Of a stretch of 64,000 bases of DNA, positions 47,960 to 58,004 are shown one piece after another (the stretch's first letter is position 1; the number at the start of each line of letters is the position of its first letter). Origin of the DNA: Nitrososphaerota archaeon (lineage in GTDB: Archaea; Thermoproteota; Nitrososphaeria_A; Caldarchaeales; Calditenuaceae); contig JAWBQR010000003.1 of the NCBI GenBank assembly GCA_038845265.1, positions 72,667 to 136,666 on the forward strand, written 5' to 3'. A model generated the notes under the pieces. That model worked only from the letters and a program-made list of their open reading frames with translations. It made no database searches and had not been told where the DNA came from. A program made the translations under genes and the position numbers.

Positions 47960-48687
47960 TCATTAGGAAAAAACTTGTAGAGGCATTCAGACAGGGCATC
48001 GTAGTACCTGAGGGATTAATCGCTCACGGAAGAGGCGAGGCGCTCGACTACATACTAGGCGAAAAAACACTCGAACCTGCATATAGAGCCATTAAAGCAG
48101 CATCGGCACTACTATTGACATCAAAAAATCCAGTAATATCAGTAAATGGAAATACAGCTGCACTAGTGCCAAAAGAACTTGTAGAACTTTCAAAAATAGT
48201 TAAAGCTAAGCTAGAGGTCAACCTGTTTCACAGAACTATCGAGAGAGAAATTAAGATTGGTGAATTTTTAAAGTCTTTTGGCGCAGAAGAAGTATTAGGC
48301 ATTGGTAGTGATGCATCTGAAACGATTCCCGGTTTAGAAAGTAAGAGGAGATTTGTAAGCAATCGTGGAATCTATTCGGCAGACACGGTATTAGTGGCCC
48401 TCGAAGATGGCGATAGGACAGAACAGCTAGTTAGAATGGGGAAAAAAGTAGTAGCAATCGACCTTAACCCCTTCTCGAGAACTGCTAGGGCCGCAAGTAT
48501 AACTATTGTTGACAACGTAACGAGAGCATTACCAATATTGATCGAAGAGTGTAAAAATCTATTGAATAGTAAGAGAGATGAGCTTAAAGAGATCGTCACG
48601 GGATTTGATAATGAAAGAAATCTAAAGGATATGATTAGAGAGATTAGAGATAGATTATCCACGCTAAGTTCTTTAGAAGATGAGTAG
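47917..48687 (+). CDS. Phosphopantothenate synthetase (4-phosphopantoate--beta-alanine ligase, archaeal PPS)
   Basis: …[42 protein letters not shown]… resembles TK1686-type PPS N-termini. Confidence 0.65.
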   Translation: [256 protein letters not shown]

Positions 48688-48689
48688 CT

Positions 48690-49535
48690 ATGGAAAGACA
48701 TCTTTCTGCACTAGATATTCAGAAAATTAAGCGTATAGGAAGAAAAATAGTAATGGTGACTGCATATGACTATACCTCTGCACGATTAGCAGATAGCGCC
48801 GGCGTAGACATTATACTCGTAGGGGATTCAGCCTCAATGGTCATGATGGGGATGAAAGATACACGATACCTCACTCTTGAAGAAATGATTGTATTTTGCA
48901 AATCAGCTGCAAGAGGAGTTAAACATGCAATGGTTGTTGGAGACATGCCATTCATGAGCTATCAAGTATCTGTAGAGGAGGCAGTTAGAAATGCGGGCAA
49001 ACTAGTCAAGGAGGGGTTGGTAGATGCCGTAAAGATTGAGGGAGGGACAGAATATGCCGATACCGTAAGAGCAATAGTGCGCGCAGGGATACCAGTAATG
49101 GGACACATTGGCCTTACACCTCAGAGCGCATCTATGGAAAGTGGCTATAGATTAAGAGGGAAAAGAGCTGAAGAAGCAAAATCAATAATCCAAGATGCTT
49201 TACAATTGGAAAGTGCAGGGGCATTTGCAATTGTTCTTGAGTACACCACATGTGAAGTAGGTAAAATACTATCCGAAAGGTTATCTATACCAGTCATTGG
49301 AATAGGATCTGGGCCCTATTGTGATGGACAAGTACTTGTATTTCATGATATTGTTGGATTATATGAAGAACCTCCTCCATTCGCTAAGAAATACATAGAC
49401 GCCGCTTCATTAATAAAAGACGCATTAATACGATACAGAGAAGAAGTCTTAACTAATAGATTCCCATCAGAAAGCCAGTATTGGAACATGGACCCAATTG
49501 AGTATAGTCGACTTTTAGAACTGATTAGTAAATAG
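48690..49535 (+). CDS. panB: 3-methyl-2-oxobutanoate (ketopantoate) hydroxymethyltransferase
   Basis: …VMVTAYDYTSA…, …ILVGDSASMV…, …VKIEGG… motifs. Confidence 0.9.
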   Translation: MERHLSALDIQKIKRIGRKIVMVTAYDYTSARLADSAGVDIILVGDSASMVMMGMKDTRYLTLEEMIVFCKSAARGVKHAMVVGDMPFMSYQVSVEEAVRNAGKLVKEGLVDAVKIEGGTEYADTVRAIVRAGIPVMGHIGLTPQSASMESGYRLRGKRAEEAKSIIQDALQLESAGAFAIVLEYTTCEVGKILSERLSIPVIGIGSGPYCDGQVLVFHDIVGLYEEPPPFAKKYIDAASLIKDALIRYREEVLTNRFPSESQYWNMDPIEYSRLLELISK

Positions 49536-49545
49536 GTGTGATTCG

Positions 49546-50457
49546 TTGGAAATACTTGTAGTCGGTGCGGGGGCCTTAGGACTTTTAATATCTGGACTTA
49601 TTGCACATAATGGAGGACACGTAACACTTTACAGTAGGAGACCAGAAGCCATAGAACATATATCGAAAAAGGGAATAAGAATAATCACCGACAACGAAGA
49701 ATATGTAGTAAGAGTAAAATGTATAGCTAGCATTCAAAAAGATAACTATTATGAGCTTGCTATTGTAACTGTCAAGTCATATGACACAGAAACTATAGCA
49801 AAATTACTCGCTGAAAAATTGAACAGCCAGACATTTGTCTTGAGTCTTCAGAACGGACTAGGCAATGCTGAAATACTAGCTAGCCATCTAGGAAAGGAAC
49901 GAGTATTTCCTGGAATAACAACACAAGCATCAACACGACTAGGCATAAACGAAGTATACCATGCATTTAATGGACTTACGATAATCGGGGAGTATGATGG
50001 CCCACCTACAGAAAGAGTCAGAAGAATAGCCGACTTCCTTTCCAACAATGGAGTCACATGCATAGTTTCAGAAAACATATGGCGAGAAATATGGTTTAAA
50101 GTTATGGTTAATTCGGTGATAAATCCCTTAACCGCCATTATGAAAATAAAAAATGAAGGGTTACTAAAAATTTCGTCTATAGAATTGCTAATCAAAGATA
50201 TTTTATCAGAGATAATTTCTGTCGCTAAGTTATATGGATATGAGTTTAATCTAAATGAATGCTATGAAAAAATTATAAAAATAATTCAGGACACTAGAAA
50301 TAATAAGTCATCCATGTTGCAAGATATTGAGAATAAAAGAAGAACAGAAATAGATAGCCTTAATGGAATGATAACCAAGCTAGCCGAGATGCACGGCTTA
50401 GAAACACCGCTTAACAGGGCATTGACCATATTTGTGAAAGGCATTGAAGAAAGATAA
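49546..50457 (+). CDS. panE: 2-dehydropantoate 2-reductase (ketopantoate reductase)
   Basis: N-terminal Rossmann ILVVGAGALG, ApbA/PanE N- and C-domains. Confidence 0.8.
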   Translation: MEILVVGAGALGLLISGLIAHNGGHVTLYSRRPEAIEHISKKGIRIITDNEEYVVRVKCIASIQKDNYYELAIVTVKSYDTETIAKLLAEKLNSQTFVLSLQNGLGNAEILASHLGKERVFPGITTQASTRLGINEVYHAFNGLTIIGEYDGPPTERVRRIADFLSNNGVTCIVSENIWREIWFKVMVNSVINPLTAIMKIKNEGLLKISSIELLIKDILSEIISVAKLYGYEFNLNECYEKIIKIIQDTRNNKSSMLQDIENKRRTEIDSLNGMITKLAEMHGLETPLNRALTIFVKGIEER

Positions 50458-50515
50458 GGCAAAGTAGTTTCTTAACTCAAGGATTAATAACCAGAAATAT
50501 TTGAATAAATAGTGA

Positions 50516-51553
50516 ATGTCGAATAAAATCTCAGATTTGGGAGAATCATGGCTATTAAAATTCATTATCGACAGGATTTCTAAAATTGAAGACTCAATAC
50601 TAATTCCTGGCGACGATGCATTTGATTTCATCTGTCATGGAAGAATTATCTGTTCTGGTGATATGTTAGTTGAACACACTGATATTCCACCAGGCATGAC
50701 TCTTAGGCAAGCTGGAAGAAAAGCGATAGTAGCAGTTATAAGCGACTTAGCCGCGAAAGGAGCCCATCCTAGATATATCGTAACTCAGTTGGGACTTAGA
50801 CGGGACATGATGATCGATGAATTTATAGAGCTCTGGACCGGACTCGAGGATGCATGCAATGAATATCGCGTTAAGATTGTCGGAGGAGATACAAACGAGT
50901 CTAACGAGCTCGTAATAAGCGTGTTTGGAATAGGTTTCTCAGAAAAACCTATACCGAGAACAGGCGCCCGTCCCGGGGATATAGTGGCCACTACCGGTCA
51001 ATTCGGAACAACCTATACAGGGCTACATGCATTATTTAACTCGATAACTGATAAAAAATGGGATAGGCTGAGACAAAGCGTTCTATATCCAAGAGCCAAA
51101 CTATCTGAGGGAATTACAATTGCGAGGTTAGGACTCGCAACCTCCTCAATAGATTCGAGCGATGGACTCGCAGCTTCACTTCAGCAGTTATCGCAAGCCA
51201 GCAATGTAGGATTCATGATTGATAAGCTACCCATAGATCCTCTCGCAGCCGAATATGCCTATCGATATGGACTTGATGTGTTTGATGCTGTAATGTTTGG
51301 AGGAGAGGAATATGAACTAGTCGTAACACTTCCAGAGTCAGCAATCGACAAAGTAAACGCGGAATTATCAAAAATTGGCAGCAGATTAATACCTATTGGC
51401 ACAACGACTGAAAAAAAAGAATTAAATGTAGCTTGGCAAGGATCTATCAGAAAAGTGATTAGTGGTGGGTGGGAACATTTTACATCAAAAGGACTTGATA
51501 GAAAGCGAATAATTAGTGACAGCTTAAATCGAGCTACTACTCACCAAAAATAA
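50516..51553 (+). CDS. thiL: Thiamine-monophosphate kinase (AIR synthase-related)
   Basis: …LIPGDDAF…, …VAVISDLAAKGAHP…, …VGGDTNES… PurM-like motifs. Confidence 0.75.
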   Translation: MSNKISDLGESWLLKFIIDRISKIEDSILIPGDDAFDFICHGRIICSGDMLVEHTDIPPGMTLRQAGRKAIVAVISDLAAKGAHPRYIVTQLGLRRDMMIDEFIELWTGLEDACNEYRVKIVGGDTNESNELVISVFGIGFSEKPIPRTGARPGDIVATTGQFGTTYTGLHALFNSITDKKWDRLRQSVLYPRAKLSEGITIARLGLATSSIDSSDGLAASLQQLSQASNVGFMIDKLPIDPLAAEYAYRYGLDVFDAVMFGGEEYELVVTLPESAIDKVNAELSKIGSRLIPIGTTTEKKELNVAWQGSIRKVISGGWEHFTSKGLDRKRIISDSLNRATTHQK

Positions 51554-51614
51554 TGAAAACAAAAATATCTTTATTGTGGTATAATTAATGAAATAATCAA
51601 GGGGGACGTCTCCT

Positions 51615-52070
51615 GTGAAAAAATATTTGTTCAAATGCAGAGAATGTGGACATGAATTTAGACTGCAGGCTTGGAAAGCAGTATGTCCTAACTGTGAAAA
51701 AAGCTATTCACTCGTTAAAGTTGTTGAGCCGGCCAGAAGTCTTAGGATCAGGCCTCGAATATTCATTAGCATTCTTTTACTCATATATGCTGCATACTCG
51801 ATTATTACAGTAAACATTGAGCCTGCTCTGCCTCTGACATATTTCTATCTTTATCAAGTCTTTATTATTGGAGGAGCATTGTTCGCGCTCAGTGGAAGTC
51901 TTCCCTCGAACGCGTTATCTGTATTCTTAGGAGGGTTGATAGCGTATAGCCACATAGCTTCTTTATCGACTAATTACTATAGCATCATTTTCATAATTCT
52001 TGGAGTCATAATAGCAATTCTCGGTACATTAGATGAGCTGATAATTAGACATAGCCGAAAAGAAATATAA
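51615..52070 (+). CDS. Membrane protein with N-terminal zinc ribbon
   Basis: CRECGH…CPNCEK then 3 TM helices, 151 aa. Confidence 0.5.
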   Translation: MKKYLFKCRECGHEFRLQAWKAVCPNCEKSYSLVKVVEPARSLRIRPRIFISILLLIYAAYSIITVNIEPALPLTYFYLYQVFIIGGALFALSGSLPSNALSVFLGGLIAYSHIASLSTNYYSIIFIILGVIIAILGTLDELIIRHSRKEI

Positions 52071-52162
52071 TAGGAAGAAACGTCTATTTATTTTCAAATT
52101 GTTAATTTCAACCCTTAAATAAAGGCTCAGCAATTCTACAACTTGTGGAGGTTTAGCAGCAT

Positions 52163-53197
52163 ATGGAAAAAGTAGTAACTTTCGGTGAAATAATGCTACG
52201 GCTTGCGCCACCAGGATTTCTACGAATCACACAAGCAAGATCATTTGACGCAATATACGCTGGAGCCGAGGCAAATGTTGCGATAGCCCTCGCTAATCTA
52301 GGAATACCTGCAGATTTTGTCACTAGACTGCCGGCAAATGATTTAGGAGATGCATGCATCAACTATTTACGACAATTTGGAGTGGGCACCGACAAAATAA
52401 TTAGAGGAGGCGATAGACTAGGAATTTATTTTGTTGAGATCGGTGCGGCTCAAAGACCAAATAAAGTAATCTATGACCGTGCAAATTCATCAATCGCAAC
52501 AGTCACGCCAGGAATGTTCGACTGGGATAAAATATTTGCTGATGCTATTTGGTTCCACTGGACTGGGATAACACCGGCCCTTAGTCAAGGAGCAGCTGAG
52601 ACTTGTTTGGAGGCGGTTAAGGCTGCTAAAAAGAAGGGAGTCACTGTGTCATGCGACCTAAACTACCGTGCTAAACTATGGAAATGGGGAAAGTCAGCCG
52701 GCGAGGTCATGTCGGAGCTAGTAAAGTATGTAGATATTTTGATCGGTAATGAAGAAGACGTAGAGCAAGTATTCGGAATCAAAGCGCCTGGCGTAGATGT
52801 AGTGAGAGGCGAAGTAAAAGCTGAACCATATGAGTTTGTTGGAAAAGAAATAATGAAGAAATTCCCAAACGTTAAGCTCTTCGGCGTCTCGCTTAGGGGC
52901 AGCATTAGTGCTAGCCATAATACTTGGTCGGGAGCCCTATACGATGGCTCAAAACTCTATGTAGGACCAACTTACGACATAATCCCAATCGTTGACCGTG
53001 TCGGCGGTGGAGATGCATTCAATGCCGGACTTATCTATGGACTATTAAAATTCAAGGATGATAAACAGAAGGCGCTAGACTTTGCGGTTGCACTATCTTG
53101 CCTAAAACACTCTATTTACGGCGACTCTTGCCTAGTCAGACTAGACGAAGTAGAAACACTAATGAAGGGAATAACTACTGGAAGAATTGTGCGTTAA
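52163..53197 (+). CDS. kdgK: PfkB-family sugar kinase, likely 2-keto-3-deoxygluconate kinase
   Basis: Ribokinase-fold motifs (…GGDAFNAG…, DTxGAGD-like at the C-terminus). Adjacent to a KDPG aldolase. Confidence 0.7.
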   Translation: MEKVVTFGEIMLRLAPPGFLRITQARSFDAIYAGAEANVAIALANLGIPADFVTRLPANDLGDACINYLRQFGVGTDKIIRGGDRLGIYFVEIGAAQRPNKVIYDRANSSIATVTPGMFDWDKIFADAIWFHWTGITPALSQGAAETCLEAVKAAKKKGVTVSCDLNYRAKLWKWGKSAGEVMSELVKYVDILIGNEEDVEQVFGIKAPGVDVVRGEVKAEPYEFVGKEIMKKFPNVKLFGVSLRGSISASHNTWSGALYDGSKLYVGPTYDIIPIVDRVGGGDAFNAGLIYGLLKFKDDKQKALDFAVALSCLKHSIYGDSCLVRLDEVETLMKGITTGRIVR

Positions 53198-53212
53198 GAA
53201 GGTGAGAGGAAT

Positions 53213-54232
53213 ATGCCGAAATTTTTAAAACATGAAGTTGTGGCGAAGCTCCTCGAAGTAGGGGTTTTACCAACTTTTTACGAAGGGGATCTTGAGACTG
53301 CTAAAAAAATTCTTATTGCATGTGCTGATGGTGGCGCAAAAGTAGTGGAATTCACTAATAGGGGAGCACTGGCTTATCAAGTCTTCTCCGACTTAATAAG
53401 ATGGCGTGACAAAGAGCGGCCGGACCTAATATTGGGAGTCGGTACTGTGATAGATCCAGCAACTGCTTCCCTGTTCATAAACAGTGGAGCCGACTTTGTC
53501 GTCGGTCCTGTCTTTAATCCAGAGATAGCGAAGATTTGCAATAGACGTAAAGTAGCCTATATCCCAGGATGCAGCTCGCCGTCTGAGATCTCAGCAGCAG
53601 AGGAGTCTGGCGCTGATATAATTAAGGTATTTCCAGCAGATGTTTTAGGACCTCGATTCATTAAAGACATGATGGGACCATCTCCATGGTCTCGATTAAT
53701 GCCTTCAGGCGGCGTTGAGCCTACGCGTGAAAACATATTTGAATGGATCAAGGCTGGTGCAGCAGCACTTAACATGGGGTCAAACCTCATAGTGAAGGAT
53801 CTGGTTAAGGCTGGAGACTTTGAGGGAATTAGGAAAAAAGTAGAGAATAGCATTATGTGGGTTAAAGAGGCAAGGGGGACACCTTTATTCCTGGGAGTTG
53901 AACACATAGGACTATATCCAACAGCAAAGGCTACCGCTGCTGAGATTGCCGATTGGTATGCGAATACTTTTGGCTTTGCCAAGAAGGAAGGCGCTAGTTC
54001 AATCTTTGTCTCTGGACCAACGCATGGAAGGATCGAGATAATGAAGAGCGAAGAAAAAGGAGTACAATGTCACGTAGCCGTGCTGGTCTCAAACTTTGAG
54101 GCTGCCTGTGAGTATCTAAGAAATAAGGGGATAGAGCTCGAAGAACCATCAATAAAACCGGGAGTAAAGGCTGTCTATCTCAAGAACCCCGATCCTGCTG
54201 GAAATAGGGTACACCTGCTATACCGGTCATAA
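53213..54232 (+). CDS. eda: Eda-type (class I) KDPG aldolase fused to a C-terminal VOC/glyoxalase-like domain
   Basis: N-terminal ~215 aa aligns to E. coli Eda (GAKVVEFTNRG, GVGTVI, IPGCSSPSE, Schiff-base Lys in IIKVFPA, PSGGVE). C-terminal ~120 aa …LFLGVEHIGLY… is a VOC fold. Confidence 0.65.
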   Translation: MPKFLKHEVVAKLLEVGVLPTFYEGDLETAKKILIACADGGAKVVEFTNRGALAYQVFSDLIRWRDKERPDLILGVGTVIDPATASLFINSGADFVVGPVFNPEIAKICNRRKVAYIPGCSSPSEISAAEESGADIIKVFPADVLGPRFIKDMMGPSPWSRLMPSGGVEPTRENIFEWIKAGAAALNMGSNLIVKDLVKAGDFEGIRKKVENSIMWVKEARGTPLFLGVEHIGLYPTAKATAAEIADWYANTFGFAKKEGASSIFVSGPTHGRIEIMKSEEKGVQCHVAVLVSNFEAACEYLRNKGIELEEPSIKPGVKAVYLKNPDPAGNRVHLLYRS

Positions 54233-54279
54233 AACCTAAAAATCCAAGGCTATTTTTTGGACAATAATCCAGTCTACAT

Positions 54280-55158
54280 TTACTTTATATGATAATAACA
54301 TTTTCTGCCAATTCTTTCTTTTTCTACTATGCCCAGATTTAAAAGTTGATTTAGATATACACTCTCTATTGCCCTAGTTCTTCCTGTCTGACTAGCAACT
54401 TCCATAGCAGTGGCTTTTCCTAAAAATCTAAGCGCCTGAAGTGTTTTATCTAAATGTGCCGGTAGTGTTTTCTGAACCGCCTCATCAGACTTTTTAGAAA
54501 TGTATGACGCGGTAGACTCAATCTGGTAAATCTTTCCTAAGTAGTTGCTTAGGACTTCATCCATTTTTTGGAGAAAGCCCTCTAACGTTGCCTTAAGGTT
54601 TTTGGTTAATACATCAGAAATGTGAAGTCTACCTGTTAGTACTATCTCATTTGTAGCTTCCTTCATTATATCCGTATCCTCAGAAATTAGGTATGAAAAT
54701 AGTGGTTTCGACCCTGCCTGACTTGCATCAAATGATTTATTACATTTTTTACAAACTAGTGATAGCTTAGGGCTCATGAATATAGCAGAACATGAATCAC
54801 ATCTTAATTCATGATTTATTCTAGATATATTTTTAGACCCACATCCTGGACATACATGCTTAATATCGATTAATGGTGAATCACAATATGGGCATGTCTT
54901 TATTATGTCAAGTAAAAGTTTATTGAGTACACCCATTGACGTTAGATTTTCGAGTATTTTTTCAGTCTCTCTGCTTTCTGTTCCAAAGAGTAAGTCTGCA
55001 TCTTGGAAGACTATTCCTTGTTGTATGTGTGGATCAATTGTAGGCCTAATGTATGTTACTCCTGCATATCTAAGAATTCTTTTAATAAGGGATATATCCA
55101 TAAGAGTTGGTTTTATTTGTTGCCCACTCGCTATGTTTTTATTACTACTTTTTATCAA
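54280..55158 (-). CDS. Putative DNA-binding protein with Cys4 zinc fingers and C-terminal winged helix
   Basis: CPYCDS…CPGCGS and CDSC…CKKC, then …LRFLGKATAMEVASQTGRTRAIESVYLNQLLNLGIVE…. Confidence 0.45.
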   Translation of the reverse strand: MIKSSNKNIASGQQIKPTLMDISLIKRILRYAGVTYIRPTIDPHIQQGIVFQDADLLFGTESRETEKILENLTSMGVLNKLLLDIIKTCPYCDSPLIDIKHVCPGCGSKNISRINHELRCDSCSAIFMSPKLSLVCKKCNKSFDASQAGSKPLFSYLISEDTDIMKEATNEIVLTGRLHISDVLTKNLKATLEGFLQKMDEVLSNYLGKIYQIESTASYISKKSDEAVQKTLPAHLDKTLQALRFLGKATAMEVASQTGRTRAIESVYLNQLLNLGIVEKERIGRKCYYHIK

Positions 55159-55314
55159 TTCTTATCTCCCTCAGATGATGCGTATTAATTCCCAACCTAC
55201 GTGATTAACAGATTCTTATGCAAACTTTATATGCGTTATTTCATTAAGGATTATTATTTTTCCGTTTAGGGAGAAAACCTGCCGAATAGTTGGGAAATTG
55301 AACAAATGGAGAAG

Positions 55315-56517
55315 TTAATTTGAGTTATTATCGATTTTGGTTAGCAAGTAGAGCATTCCGATTAAAATGACAATGTACGACATGTGGATGTATATTGTGT
55401 TTGTCGGCCCTAATTCATCCCATAACAGTCCTCCGAGATACATTACCCCCATTGTCATGAGGGTCATGATAGATTGTTGAATTCCCCAGACAGCACCTCT
55501 ATGAAACTTATCTAAACTAGCAGAAATCCTAGAGTCAATTGAAGGCATGAAAAATATTGCTAGTCCTGAATCCATCAAGAGTGCGAGAAGTATGCCTTCC
55601 ATAGTGAATGAATTGACAAGAATTATGAGTGCGATAGACTTAATGGCTAGCTCGATTAATGACAACGAAAACCAACGACCACCCTCCACCATTCTTCCAC
55701 CAATCGGTGCTAACACTGTATAAACTGCTCCCTCAATAGCAAAAATTAAAGAGAGCTCCATTTCACTTATCATTGCTAAGTCTTTAGCCCAGAGTGGAAT
55801 AAGTATCGACCCAACAACACCAGCGAATGCTAGATAAAGCGATCTCGCTGAAATTAGAAGCAACATATGTGGATGACGAAGTCGTTCATAAGATTCTGTC
55901 AATTGTTGGCTTATGGATATTTCTGGCCTTCTAGCTATTGTTTCTCTTAAATATATTCTTGTTAGTCCTGAAATCAACGTTGATATGCCGATGAGAGTTA
56001 TGCTGAATTCGTATCCAAAAGTCGCGATGAGCATACCCATGCTTAAGTATCCAGCAACAGCACCCAGATTCATGCATGCAAAATATATTCCATAAGCCCT
56101 CCCATAACTATGCCTAGAGGATACATCAGCAATGTATGCAAAGATGGGAGGGGCTGTAAAAGCTGTTGGAAGCATCGAAAAAGCAAGTGGCAAAATGGCG
56201 TCTTCCCATCTACTAACTTGTGACAAAGCGATATAGGAAGCTCCTGTTATAATAGGACCTATGATCAATAGCTTCTTTCTACCAATAATGTCAGCAATAA
56301 AACCACCAATTGGCACTAATAAAACGTAGAATATTCTTGAGGCAGCAAATACCATTCCGATATCTTTAGCCTCTGCTCCTATGTTCCTTAGAAAATATGG
56401 GATGAATGGGCTAAATCCTAGTATAAACATATTACTGATAATTAATGAGATCATTAAGATCCAGAAATCCATTGGGAGACCGACAAAGTTACGCTGCCTC
56501 TCATCAATCATTATCAC
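55315..56517 (-). CDS. MFS transporter
   Basis: 400 aa, 12 TM, …IADIIGRKK… MFS loop. Confidence 0.7.
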   Translation of the reverse strand: MIMIDERQRNFVGLPMDFWILMISLIISNMFILGFSPFIPYFLRNIGAEAKDIGMVFAASRIFYVLLVPIGGFIADIIGRKKLLIIGPIITGASYIALSQVSRWEDAILPLAFSMLPTAFTAPPIFAYIADVSSRHSYGRAYGIYFACMNLGAVAGYLSMGMLIATFGYEFSITLIGISTLISGLTRIYLRETIARRPEISISQQLTESYERLRHPHMLLLISARSLYLAFAGVVGSILIPLWAKDLAMISEMELSLIFAIEGAVYTVLAPIGGRMVEGGRWFSLSLIELAIKSIALIILVNSFTMEGILLALLMDSGLAIFFMPSIDSRISASLDKFHRGAVWGIQQSIMTLMTMGVMYLGGLLWDELGPTNTIYIHMSYIVILIGMLYLLTKIDNNSN

Positions 56518-56781
56518 TCATTTTCTATATTCTCGATAAAAGCATTAACAAACTCCTAATTCAAATAAAGTGAACTGACTCATATATTCAGATATTTTAG
56601 ACGGTAATGGCCAATCTAATAATTAATTAAGTTATAAGTGAATTAATTGTTTTCCGTTTTCCCAAAATTTTTATTTCAAAATTTATGAAAAGAAAAAAGC
56701 TTATAAGCCGATATTTATAGATATTTTTCATTGGTGAAGAGTATGGGCCCCAGAACAGGAAGAGATCCAACTTAAATTGTT

Positions 56782-57963
56782 TTAAAATAGATTAAGATGT
56801 TTATGTTTTACCTCGTCTTTTATTATGTTTATTAATGGTATTTTAGGTGGTCTTAACCATCCTGTAGCATTTGTGAATAATTCTTTTGTTATCGTGAAGT
56901 TTGCACCGTCTTGCTCCAATACTGGTTCGCCAAATATCCCTTCTTCCTCAAGTTTCTTGGATAGGTTATTGATCGCTCCTATAAGTTGTTTTTCAGCTAT
57001 CATATAGGATATGAAGGAACCATCACTTGCAACTTGGTAAGATTTACAGAATGGTGAGGAGGAGACCATTTTTCTCAATTTTGAGAGCTCTTTTTCACTC
57101 CTCGGACCGAAGCTAACCCACCACCTAGCAATATCAAGACTCCTCTCCCCTTTAGGATACCATGTTAACAAATATCCTGCAATAAGTCCTTTTCTAACTA
57201 TGTGTTCCTGGAAGTGATATCTAAGGAGTCTTGGGTCTTTACCATACTGAGTAGCGACTTCGGTAAGTGGCTTAAATGCATCTATATGAAGTTCAGCAAT
57301 AATAGCAAGGTCTAAACTATCAACAACGTAATTGGCAGCCTCCTTTTGCGATATTCTTTGAAGAGAAATTACATCGGCATTATATTCGAAATCACCGTCA
57401 AGTTTCCACTCGCATTTTTTGAAGTCAAATAATCTGTATGATACATGGGGATAACCAACCTCTACGATTTCCTTAAAATCATATTCAGCAATTATGTCTC
57501 TAGTCGCTAACTCCTCAAACATATCGATTAATTCACTACTCCACTTAGTCGGGGGACTTAACATTACTATGTACTTATTGCTAAATGCTATTTTTCCATA
57601 ATATGATAAGTACGAATTTACTCCAAGCCAGTCAAGAATTTCTTGGGCATATTTATTACCGTTCCTAGTAAATGATACTATTCCAAAGAATCTTTCAAGC
57701 CCCATTCTATAGTAATGGGGCACGGTCTTAATCATGAATCCCATACTCTTAAGCTGCTTCTTCACCTTGTATCTTACGGTCTCTTTAGGAAGACCCGTCA
57801 ACATCGCTATCAATGATAAGTTTCTAGGTCCATATTTTTTTAAAGCATCAAGAATTCTCACAAATTCAGAGTTCACATCATAATCATTCGAATTGCTCAA
57901 GTTATGATTTGATTCTTGGTTCTCTATGTTGTTAATCTTGTTAATCATCACGCACTTCAACAT
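56782..57963 (-). CDS. Tandem-HTH (two AsnC/Lrp-type winged-helix modules) putative transcription regulator with N-rich N-terminus
   Basis: …FVRILDALKKYGPRNLSLIAMLTGLPKETVRYKVKK… and …LAIIAELHIDAFKPLTEVATQYGKDPRLLRYHFQEHIVRKGLI… each followed by ~100 aa. Confidence 0.45.
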   Translation of the reverse strand: MLKCVMINKINNIENQESNHNLSNSNDYDVNSEFVRILDALKKYGPRNLSLIAMLTGLPKETVRYKVKKQLKSMGFMIKTVPHYYRMGLERFFGIVSFTRNGNKYAQEILDWLGVNSYLSYYGKIAFSNKYIVMLSPPTKWSSELIDMFEELATRDIIAEYDFKEIVEVGYPHVSYRLFDFKKCEWKLDGDFEYNADVISLQRISQKEAANYVVDSLDLAIIAELHIDAFKPLTEVATQYGKDPRLLRYHFQEHIVRKGLIAGYLLTWYPKGERSLDIARWWVSFGPRSEKELSKLRKMVSSSPFCKSYQVASDGSFISYMIAEKQLIGAINNLSKKLEEEGIFGEPVLEQDGANFTITKELFTNATGWLRPPKIPLINIIKDEVKHKHLNLF

Positions 57964-58004
57964 ATATTACTAATATAGTTATATATAAATTTTTCTATTT
58001 TAGT

